From positions 112,282,001 to 112,346,000 of the forward strand of contig OX597819.1 of assembly GCA_951406725.2 (NCBI GenBank): 64,000 nucleotides of DNA, in the 5' to 3' direction. The notes under the pieces were generated by a model. It was not told the DNA's origin and ran no database searches. It saw only the letters and a program-made list of their open reading frames with translations. The first letter of the stretch is position 1; every line of letters starts with the position of its first letter. The position numbers and the translations under genes were made by a program. The stretch comes from Octopus vulgaris (Eukaryota). Of the stretch, positions 53,440 through 64,000 are shown one piece after another.

Positions 53440-53690
53440 AGAACATCTGTGTAGATAAAAGCAGCACTGTCCTCAACGTGGGTGTAACACCTCGATGTGG
53501 GTGTAACTGAGTTTTGTAGACAGATAATAGGTGTCCAGTACTGAAATATTTTCTGGCTCTGAAGAGTAAACTTAGTCTTTTTAATTCAAGTTTTACTTTG
53601 TTGGAATGCAACATCGACCTCCAGGCAAGCCAACAGCATTTTCCAATGTGTGAGCTGAATATGCTGCAGGGTATTAAAAGCATCACCTGA
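53440..53690 (-). mobile_element. CR1/L2-group LINE RT C-terminal fragment
   Basis: KRLSLLFRARKYFSTGHLLSVYKTQLHP matches the CR1/L2-group L..L.R.R.YF....LL.LYK.Q.RP motif. Confidence 0.7.
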
Positions 53691-53721
53691 TGTACACAAG
53701 AGAGACAAATGTGCTGCTTAC

Positions 53722-53771
53722 GGAGATGGGATGGGAATCGATATTGGGGGTGGGATGGGAAAACGTTGATG
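53722..53771 (-). CDS. Candidate 50-nt coding exon (HQRFPIPPPISIPIPS-)
   Basis: A long pyrimidine tract ending tcttcttttgtcAG, and donor CC|GTAAGC. Its phase-0 start matches the phase-0 end of 55482-55585. Product not recognised. Confidence 0.5.
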
Positions 53772-54679
53772 CTGACAAAAGAAGATAAACATGAAAGAGA
53801 AAGACCAATGAAGACATGCAGAAAAAAAACCAGACAAGACTAGATCTCATGATGTTGATACAAGAACAAGACAAATAGTAATAATAATAATATATAGTAC
53901 TGCAGACCCATCCAACCCACACGACATCATGGAAAAATAGATGTTGAAATGAAGATGGTAAGGAGAAGAAGAATGATGGACAGAATGATGATGATTGCAA
54001 TGATGAGATGGATAAGTACATAAAAATGACGATGATTATCATGATGGCAAGAATGGAAGTGATAATAACAAGGACAATCATGATGATGCCAAACTGAAAA
54101 ATGGCCATATAATCAATTGAATGCGGAAAAATTTTAAAAGTGGAGTTGATGCCTCATCACCATTTGAACTCAAGAGCTGAAAATAAGCATTCAAACCAAC
54201 CTAAAATAAATTTGTGTGTCTGTACCACTTCACTGATCTGTGGAGCAGCAGCATCCAACCAGTGATGGGTTTTCGAGAGGACCATAAGAGATGCATTCAC
54301 ACCTGAGAAAGAAACCATCTATCTTCAACTGCTTCCATCCCCCATCATAAGAAAATGAGAGAAAGAGGAAGAGAGAAACAGAGGAAAATGTTCACGCATA
54401 TACATACACACACATATATATATATATATGCTAAGATGCAGGAGAGAGGTGAAGAAAGAGACTCACACACTCACACACACAACACAAACAATACAAAAGA
54501 ACAAAGAACAAACATACATTGTAACAGAAAGAGGTGTGCCAGGAGACACACACACACACACATACATATATGTCATACACTGTGATAGAGAAAGAGATAC
54601 ATACACACAGAAGGGAGACAGACAGACACAGTCAAACACACAGAGAGAAAGGGTGAAGCAGACACCCGTCTCCACACAC

Positions 54680-54703
54680 AGAGGAATATATATATATAGG
54701 AAT

Positions 54704-54734
<31 letters not shown>

Positions 54735-54741
54735 GAGGAAT

Positions 54742-54772
<31 letters not shown>

Positions 54773-54779
54773 GAGGAAT

Positions 54780-54810
<31 letters not shown>

Positions 54811-54819
54811 CAGAGGAAT

Positions 54820-54852
<33 letters not shown>

Positions 54853-54965
54853 GGAATACACACACACACATATATATAGAGGAATACACACACACACACA
54901 TATATATAGGAATACACACACACACACACACACATATATATAGAGGAATACACACACACACACAT
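54680..54965. repeat. Compound minisatellite: (G)AGGAATA core + (CA)n(TA)n, about 9 units
   Basis: A constant aggaata core separated by variable-length CA and TA runs. Confidence 0.9.
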
Positions 54966-55297
54966 TTAAAATGGAAATACCCAAATGCAACCAGCCAACC
55001 AGCCAGCCAACCAACCTACCTACCAACCAACAAGTTATACAGACACACACACACACAAGCCACTAGTGTACCGACTTACTACACACACACACACACACAC
55101 ACAATAGTATAACAGTTTACTACTCTATCAAACTAACACAGCTGATTAGACGGCTGCAGTTACAGTTAGACTGCTGCAACTGCTGCTGCTGCTGCTGCCA
55201 TATAACACCCTCCCCCACTTCTGCTTCCTTAATTTCCACCCACCTTCTTGTACTATATTGTATTGTTGGCAATGGCTAATAGATCGATATATAGCAA

Positions 55298-55330
<33 letters not shown>

Positions 55331-55481
55331 TAGTAGTAGTAGCAGCATTGGTGATAGCTGCAGCAACAGGCTGGCAATGCTTCCTACCTACTGCTCTATG
55401 TGCAGCAGTGCCGCATGGAAGAATTGAACTGCTGTAGAGGGGAACAGGTCATTTGTGTCATTCTGTAGTAGCTAGACTCAC

Positions 55482-55585
55482 CCCCAATCTCCTCGTGTGG
55501 CCATTTGAGTAGCCAGTCTGGTGATGGTGTGCCGCCGTTAGGCTGGTGGATACCTTGAGGCCAAGGTCTTGAGCTTCAGCGTTTG
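55482..55585 (-). CDS. Candidate 104-nt coding exon (-NAEAQDLGLKVSTSLTAAHHHQTGYSNGHTRRLG)
   Basis: GC-richer unique island. Acceptor gtatgttcAG, donor GGG|GTGAGT. Only one frame is open (phase 1 in, phase 0 out). Product not recognised. Confidence 0.5.
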
Positions 55586-55869
55586 CTGAACATACACACA
55601 CACACACATGCTAATATATATACATCTACATATGCACATATATACACACATACATACATACACACACATACATACACACACATATATATATATACACATA
55701 TACACATACACACATACATACACACATATATACACACACACATATATATATATACACATATACACATACAGACACATATATATATACACATATATACACA
55801 CACACACATATATACACACATATACACACACACATATATATACACACACATACATATGCATATATATAC

Positions 55870-55904
<35 letters not shown>

Positions 55905-55936
55905 TTTATATCTATCTACATATACACATATTTATA

Positions 55937-55968
<32 letters not shown>

Positions 55969-56109
55969 CAAACACACACACACAATTTATATCTATATTT
56001 ATACACACACACATACACACAAACACACAAATACATATATATATATATATATATATGCATTTTTTTAATAATAATCAGCCTAAGAAACAGAGTGACTTAA
56101 GAGCCGTCA

Positions 56110-56352
56110 GTTTGCACTTATCAAACTGGTTTCAAGTCAAGAGGTCATATACTTATCTACTGGTGATAATGCCATATCCCTGGATTGCTCTGGAACAAAT
56201 TATAAAAAAAAATTATAAAACTATGTAATTATCCTGGAACAAATGTAATTGTTTTCATAATTTGTTCCAGAACAATGCAAGGAGATATCATTATCACTGG
56301 TGTGTAAGTATATATGACCCCTTGATTTGAAACCACTTTGACAAGTGCCAAC
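56110..56352. repeat. ~105-bp inverted repeat pair (hairpin/MITE-like)
   Basis: 56110-56215 (gtttgcacttatcaaactggtttcaagtcaagaggtcatat..ctggaacaaattat) pairs with 56246-56352 across a spacer of about 30 nt. Confidence 0.85.
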
Positions 56353-56516
56353 ACACAAAACTTTCATCTTTTGAATCACGATGTAACTTCCGCCAATTAC
56401 TAATAAAAAGACATAAATACACTCATGTTTTCAGTTCTATTTTCATGTTTCCATCACCAAACCTATGCATATATGTATACATATATACACATCTATCTGT
56501 GTGTGTGTGTGTGTGC

Positions 56517-56556
<40 letters not shown>

Positions 56557-57319
56557 CATATTGAGTCAAGTACATCAACATCAAAATAAAAATCAAATGG
56601 AAATTGTAGTTCTGATACCTGTGCTTGTGGCACATAAATGGCACCTTCCGAATGTGGCCGGTGCCAGCGCCACCTTTAATTGGTTTCCGTGCCGGGGGCA
56701 CGTAAAAGGCACCAATCAATCATTGCCGCTGCCAGCCTCCCCTGGCACCTGTGCCAGTGGCACACAAAAAGCACTCTCTACACTCACGGAGTGGTTGGCG
56801 TTAGGAAGGATATCCAGCTGTAGAAACACTGCCAGATCAGACTAGAGCCTGGTGCAGTCTCCTGGATTCCCAGACCCAAGTCAAACTGTCCAATCCATGC
56901 TAGCATGGAAAATGGATGTTAAATGATGATGATGATGATGATGTATGTATGTATACCAGAGTAAGCACATAAATGCGAAATAACGTGGAAAAAAATAGTA
57001 TTCAAATACCAGAGGTAGAGTAATATGTTCAACCAAAACTGTCCAACAAACGGGAACATGAAACTCTGAGTAACAGTTTTGTGATGTCTTTACAGCTTTA
57101 TTAATAATACATACAAACATATACATATATGTATGCATTCACCTATAAGTCTACAAGTGCATCGTATCTTATAGCAGAAACAGCTGTAAGCTAATGAAGA
57201 TCGTAACATAATTGTTTATTCATTTGTCATTCTAATTTCTTATTACTGCTCTGTACTCGACTGATACTTCATTCTGAAGTACATCTATACTGAGTTCTAA
57301 TGCCATGCTATTAATATTG

Positions 57320-57697
57320 CCATATGCATACCTACACATATATATGCATAAATATATATATATATATATATGCATACATATATATATATGTATGCATACA
57401 TTATACATACATATATATATGCATACATATATACATACATATATATATGCATACATATATATATACATATATATGCATACATTATACATACATATATATG
57501 CATATATATACATATATATGCATACATATATATACATATATATGCATACATATATATATACATATATATATACATATATATATATATGCATACATATATA
57601 TATACATATATATCATATATATATATACATATATATCATACATATATATATATATATATGCATACATATATATACATATATATGTATATATATATAT
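57320..57697. repeat. AT/AC/ATGC compound microsatellite
   Basis: (AT)n runs punctuated by gcatac/acat. A similar AC/AT tract lies at 55590-56056. Confidence 0.9.
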
Positions 57698-57826
57698 CAC
57701 CATGATGACTGTGACCAACCAGGCTATCAGATGTTGCTACACATCGCTGGTTACAATGTGCTTCGCATTGTTTTCGCGATGAAATGACGCTACCCTGCTG
57801 GCTAAGCAAGCAGGCCAATATGTACG

Positions 57827-57868
<42 letters not shown>

Positions 57869-59029
57869 TACATAAACAAACATACACATATACAAACATG
57901 CGTGTGTATTTATTATCACCATCATCATCATTTAGCATCCACATCCTTGTTCGATGTTAGCATGGGTTCAATGGTTTGACCGTATCCTAAATGTCCAAGG
58001 ACTGTATTGAGCTCCAGTGTCACCTTTGGCATGGTTTCTATTGCTGGATGTCTTTCCTAATGCTACCACTTTACAGTATGGACTGAGTACTTTATTTTCA
58101 TGCCACCTGCACTATTGAGGTTGCTATGCAGTTCGCAGAACTACAAGGCCTGGGGTAGGTGGAAGAGATCAGCTTCATGCTAGGAGATGAGGGGTTTATT
58201 ATGAGAGAGGTGGGTGCAGAGCAGGTTGTTGCAGAGGGATCTGCATGGCTATTCACATCTTGCATGGAAAACAAAGGAAGGGCAGCAGAAGAGAAAATGG
58301 TCAGTAGGAGCTGCAAGACATAGATAATGGTAATAGGGTGCTCGGGTGGCCCCACAAGGCATATGATGAGCAGAAGTGGATTTGTAAGGTTGTATGGGAA
58401 GGTGAATGAGGGGTGGAGAAAAAGATTGCCAAAATGGGTAGGGTTAAAGGGAGGACAAGACAAGAGCCATGAGTTGAGGATGACAGAGGGATGCTGAAGA
58501 ATGGAGAGGGAATGAGCAGCTGAAGTATGAAAGATAATACAGTTGTTGGGGAGGGGAAACAGGTAGACATGGTGCAGGGTGAGAAGTTACTGTGATGGGT
58601 GGAGTAGCCAAAACATAGCACTTCCAGAACTCAGGAGGGCAAGTCTTTTTGAGAACCTCACGCCACTAAAGATCCTGGTAACATCCACTTTTCTATGTTT
58701 GTATGGGTCAGACAAAATTTGTTGAAGTAGATTTTCTATGATCAGGTATATACACACATACAAAAATGTATTTGATATATATATATATGGCCTGTAAAAA
58801 GCACCAATCCAATCGTGGCCGTTGCCAGCCTCGCCTGGCACCTGTGCTGGTGGCACATAAAAAGCACCCACTACACTCACAGAGTGGTTGGCATTAGGAA
58901 GGGCATCCAGCTGTAGAAACACTGCCAGATCAGATTGGAGCCTGGTGCAACCTTCTAGCTTCCCAGATCCCAGTCGAACCGTCCAACCCATGCTAGCATG
59001 GAGAACGGACGTTAAACGATGATGATGAT

Positions 59030-59105
<76 letters not shown>

Positions 59106-61311
59106 CTATTGGTTGTGATGATGTGTATTCTGGTATTCTAGTTCTTTGGTGCATGGAACTCCCTATTCATTACATCATGGTGTGGCTAAGTACTCAACTA
59201 ATACTCATACCCCTAATATGATCTACAAACAGAATCAATGTGACAATGTTTGACAAAGTTGAACAGTGAATAACAAGTAGAATCCATCCAACAGGTTTCT
59301 GCACAGTTTCCATCAACTGACTTTCATGATCAAAGCTTCAATCAACCCAAGGTTTAGCCAAAAGACCCAAGATGCCTGTAGTGAAACTAAGCCAGGAATC
59401 TCATGATTGTGAAACAAATTCTTTAGCTGATCAACCATGGAAGTGCTGGTGTCAAAACACACACACACCAGCTGTCTGACATCATCATCATCATTTTAAT
59501 GTCCACCTTTCTATGCTTGCATGACAAAATTCATTGAGGCAGATTTTCTACTACCAGGCACCCTCCTTGACACCGACCTTCACATTCTTTCCAGGCAAGG
59601 TGATATGTATACCCACAGCCTGACATTTTTTTCACAAAAGACTGGAAACGAACGGCATCATTTGTATGACAGCGATGATCATTTACAATCAATATATGAT
59701 GTCAAGATAAAGGTAGACACAAGCATACACATATACATACACATATATATATATAGATATCAGTATTTGATCAGAACCAGACAGAATAGAATAGTAAAAC
59801 TGACCAGGAAACCCATTGATTACAGGACAAGAAAGGCTTCATGAAATCTGCAGACGATGTTGTGTTGAATCAACTGCAAGTTGACTAACTGTCTGTCATA
59901 TTGTCCTGTGATATTGTTTCTATCTTCTTATTTTCAGCTAGATAGGCTGGGCTATTTGAGAATTAAGAATCCTGCTCCATGGATGCAACAAGACACATGA
60001 GACGATATGACATATCAAACTCTTGATTAATTATTTTCGTTTAGCTCTGAGTCAGGCTCAAAAGGAGGAGACTTATGTCAAGAATGATTCATCTAAGGCA
60101 ATCTTATTTTTTTCCCTAGATATAGTCTGTTCCAGACAATATTATCCAGTCCTAGTATGTCCTTCCTTTTTTGAAGATGCAAAAGTATGATAACAGAGTG
60201 AGTTAGCTGCTATTTTTAGCAGGTTGTGTAACAACTTAATGGCAATACACACTTCTTGTGTGTATAGGCATAGTATTCTTGTGTCAGTGATAAAGTTGTT
60301 GTTTCTGTTTCCTGCATGAGATCATCCGCGAGTGTAAACAGAGTAATCATGTTTACATTCACAGGAATGGAACATTACATCCTGTAGCTCTACACTTTCA
60401 ATGTAGTTGAATAGAAACTTTCTTGCTCATAAAACAAGTAAGAGTTGGCAACAAGAAGATAATCTAGCCGTAAAAACACAACCACAGGTAAGTATCAATC
60501 CAACCTATACCTATACATAATCATTGTCATTTAATGTCCATTGTCCATGGGTTGAATGGTTTGACCAGAGCTGGCAAGCTAGGGAGCTGCACCAGAGTTC
60601 AGTCTGATTTGGCATAGTTCCTATGGCTGGATGCCCTTCCTAACACCAACCACTTTACAGAGTGTGCTGAGCACTTTTACGTGGCACCAAACAGGTGTTT
60701 TTATGCGACCCGCACAGGCGCTTTTAGGCGACCCATACAGGCACTTTTACATAGTGCTGCATGAGTGCTTTTATGCGGCACTGCATGAGTGCTTAGTGCA
60801 GGTGCTGTGTAAAAAGCACCAACATTAGGGAGGACATCCAAACATCGAACCATAGAAACCTTGCCAAGGTACTGGAGACTAATGCACCCATCAGGCTAAT
60901 CGGATCCCATCAAACTGTCAAACAATGCCAATGGGATACAAATATTGTAAACTTTGCATAGTGGAATGGGCAAGGATTCTAAAGGACTAGCTCAACCCAG
61001 GGAACATCCTTAACTCCAGGATGGAGGTCTTCAGACTGTGCTTACATTTCAGGAAATTTCTGCTGGCCTATTGGAACCCACAAGATAACAGGGTCACTTG
61101 TGACCGATATCCAAAGGGAGACAACCCCCTGTTGTTGACATCAAGTAGCGAGGTCCCATCTGCCTCCATATTCTAGAGAGGCCACCCACTTGAGAGGCCT
61201 TAAGCCAACAGATTTTGGGGTCTAATGATACACCATAAAACTAAGTGCATTATGGACATGAAACCGAGGGTAATCCCATACACCGACCTTATCTAACGTT
61301 ATATATATACT

Positions 61312-61343
<32 letters not shown>

Positions 61344-63066
61344 AACACATATCCATCTATGTACAAGAGTAAGGTATATCTATTAGTTCATATCATTCCA
61401 TGTATATGTGTGAGAGAGAGAAAGAGTGAGCCAGAGATATCTATGTGCATGTCCATTAGAGTATACATGTTAAAGTGCACATGTCTAAAAATGTGTGAAG
61501 GTGTGTGAGTGCAGTGTATGTACATGTATGCAGATACATGTGCACAAGTGTGTGCACAACATAAAAAGTAGTAACAGTTGCAAAAAATACCTCAATTACT
61601 AGTTAGCAGCAGCAACAGCAGCAGTGGTGGTGGTGATGATGATGGTTTTGTGCATGTAGTCAGATGAGAACAGAAGTGAAAGAGGACAAAGGAGTGAAAA
61701 ACAGAGAGAGATCAATTATATGGAAAGGAGAGAGAGAGCCACAGAGGGAGAGGGAGAAACAATATGCAAGCAAGATCCAAGACAGAAATAGAGAAGGAAA
61801 ATTATGAAGGGAAATTGGCCAAGGCAAAGATGAATAAAAACCAAATTAAAATACAGAGACTGAAGAGAAAGAAAATAGGAGAGTGACAGACAGAAAGTGA
61901 GAAAGAATACAAGAAGTAATTATAAACCAAACTTTCCAGTAGTAAACAGAGAGAGGCACACTATCACCAGCCCATTATCACCAGCTATATGCACCCATCT
62001 GGTCCCTGGGTGCATATAGCAGAGTCCATTCTGCTGCAAGTATCCAGACCAGGTCTCCCGTCTATTCCTCCTCTCAATCTTAGTGACCCTGAAAAGGATC
62101 ATGGGTGTAGCCCATCCTCATCAATATATACTATCATCACCCTCATCACCACCAACACCATCGTTTTAACCTCCAGTTTTCCAAGGACTTGTCCAACCCA
62201 TGCTTGCATGGGTTGGACAAGTCCTTATTCACAGCTAGAGGCCCTCCCTGTTACTAATACCTGGTTTTTTTTTCAAATAAGAGATCCCTTATTCCACACA
62301 TCCTTGAAAGCACAGAGCTACAAGATGATTTAATGGGCAGCGTCAACATAAGAATACAGCTCAAATGGTTTCATGCAAAGATGCTGAATGTAAACATTCA
62401 GGCAAGCATGCATACAACGACACACACAGACACACACACACAATGGTCCTCCATAAAATTTGTGCCTACCTTTCCATTTACAAGACTTTGCACAGCCAGA
62501 GGCTATAGTAAAGGTCATTTAGCCATGTTTCCACATGATGAGGAAGAACTCAAAACCACATTGTTATGAAGAAAACAATGTATTAACTCAGCCGCATCTA
62601 TGCCTTCTTTAAGTTTACTGCTAACCAACCTGGAGTGGTCACTCTTTAGCTTCTTGTAGAGAAACTACTTTCCATCCATTGTCAACACCCTCTAAACAGA
62701 GAACTTGGTATGTTGCTGATACACAAACATGCACTGAGGTTGTGGCATCTACAACAATTCCTACATGGTGTGTAGGTGTGGTGGCCCTTGTCAGACCTCT
62801 ATTTACAAAGTTCATCTCTTTGGTGTATCAAATGAAGACTAAACCTAGCATCTGAAATATTATCAGGTGCCCACAGCCCTCTATCAATTGAACTATGCTA
62901 TAAGTGAGACTTCTAAGTTGTATAAAGGACTAGTGGTGAGCTTTTGGAGAAAACTTTGGAGGTCAATGAGAATCAACTAGTTAGTTGGTGCATGTACTTC
63001 CTCTTTCAGTGCACTTGTGGCAAATAAAGGTCATCATCATCATCATCATCATCGTCATTATCACTG

Positions 63067-63635
63067 AGGCAGTGAGCCGGCAGAATCATTAGCATGCTTA
63101 GCGGCGTTTTGTCAGTCCTTATGTTCTGAGTTAAAATTCTGCCAAGGTCAACTTTGCCTTTTATCTTTTCATGATTGATGAAATAAGTACCAGTTATGCA
63201 CTGGGGTCAATGCACTGGGGTTATGCACTGACTTGACTCTTACACCAAAATTTCAGGCCTTGTTCCTATAGTAGAAAGGTGAACTGACAGAATCATTAGC
63301 ATGCTGGGCAAAAGGCTTAGCAGCATTTCGTTCATCTTTACATTCTGAGTTCAAATTCTGCCAAGGTTGACTTTGCCTTTCGTCCATTCAGAGTCGATAA
63401 AATAGGTACAAGTAGAACACTGGGGTCAATGTAATCGACTCATCCCCACCTCCCACAAGCTGCACTTGTGGCAAAAATTTGAAATAATTATTATTATTTT
63501 TATTTGAATTGATAGTATTGTCAGAGCATCAGAAAAAAACATGCCTTGTGGTATTTGTTCCAGCTCTTTACATTCTAAGTTCAAATGCCTCTGAGGTCAG
63601 CTTAACCTTTCATCTATTCAGGCTCAATAAAATTA
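63067..63635 (+). mobile_element. Three tandem SINE family A copies
   Basis: aggcagtgagccggcagaatc.. (63067-63278), gtgaactgacagaatc..gagttcaaattc.. (63279-63485) and a partial copy at 63510-63635. Confidence 0.8.
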
Positions 63636-63639
63636 AACA

Positions 63640-64000
63640 TTGAGTCATCTTATAATAATGTGTTTTTTTTTTAATACTTCTTTTATTTTTCAAAATTAAG
63701 ATAAACAAAGTTCTTTATACTCTGAAATATACTCTCCTTCATTTTCTACAATGTTCTTCCATCTATCTGGTAGGCTAGCAAGGCCCCTCTTCCAAAATTC
63801 ACTTGTCCATGACAAAAAATACTCCTCCAGTATTGTTCTGACCTCATCTACAGAGTTTATATTTTTTCTGTTCAAATGATTTTGAAGACTGCAGCATAAA
63901 TGATAATCAGATGGGGCAATGTCCAGCGAATATGGTGGGTGCAGCATCATTTCCCATTCAAACTGCTCCAGCCTTTGGAATTTCACCCTTGCTGTATGTG
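63640..64000 (-). mobile_element. 3' part of a mariner (DD34D-type) element, cut by the window edge
   Basis: The ORF reads WEMMLHPPYSLDIAPSDYHL..SLQNHL..FWKRGLASLPDRWKNIVENEGEY (mariner HPPYSPDLAPSDY motif). A TIR-like end ttgagtcatcttataataatg starts at 63640. Confidence 0.9.

Noticed and set aside
54680-54965. CRISPR-like repeat/spacer appearance
   Set aside because: The constant part is only 7-9 bp, the spacers are microsatellites, the context is eukaryotic and there are no cas genes.
60950-61280. Possible LINE fragments (also 16380-17020 and 62640-63030)
   Set aside because: Composition is suggestive, but I could not read diagnostic motifs, so they are left unassigned.

Overview
AT-rich, repeat-saturated eukaryotic DNA. 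The repeat families resemble those I recall from Octopus/coleoid cephalopods; this is an inference, not checked by search. I can support no complete protein-coding gene, rRNA, true tRNA or CRISPR array, and almost all ORFs in the supplied track are microsatellite read-through. The window is a mosaic of: several tRNA-derived SINE families; RTE-clade and CR1/L2-type LINE fragments; dead Tc1/mariner elements (two DD37D/maT, two mariner-type); a complete non-autonomous Helitron; TTAA piggyBac-type MITEs; foldback elements; and micro/minisatellites. A few short minus-strand segments have canonical splice sites and compatible phases (best pair: 55482-55585 and 53722-53771), so the window may be mostly intron of an unidentified minus-strand gene. 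The most interesting signals are: (1) five minimal hammerhead-ribozyme-like remnants in at least four different sequence contexts; (2) an apparently templated two-piece insertion at a retroelement tail, matching sequence 3-4 kb upstream; (3) a nested foldback, and many closely spaced inverted repeat pairs that could form dsRNA; (4) modular head/tail swapping among SINEs, and a head-to-tail SINE pile-up. Coordinates were read by eye, and the ends of degenerate repeats are approximate.
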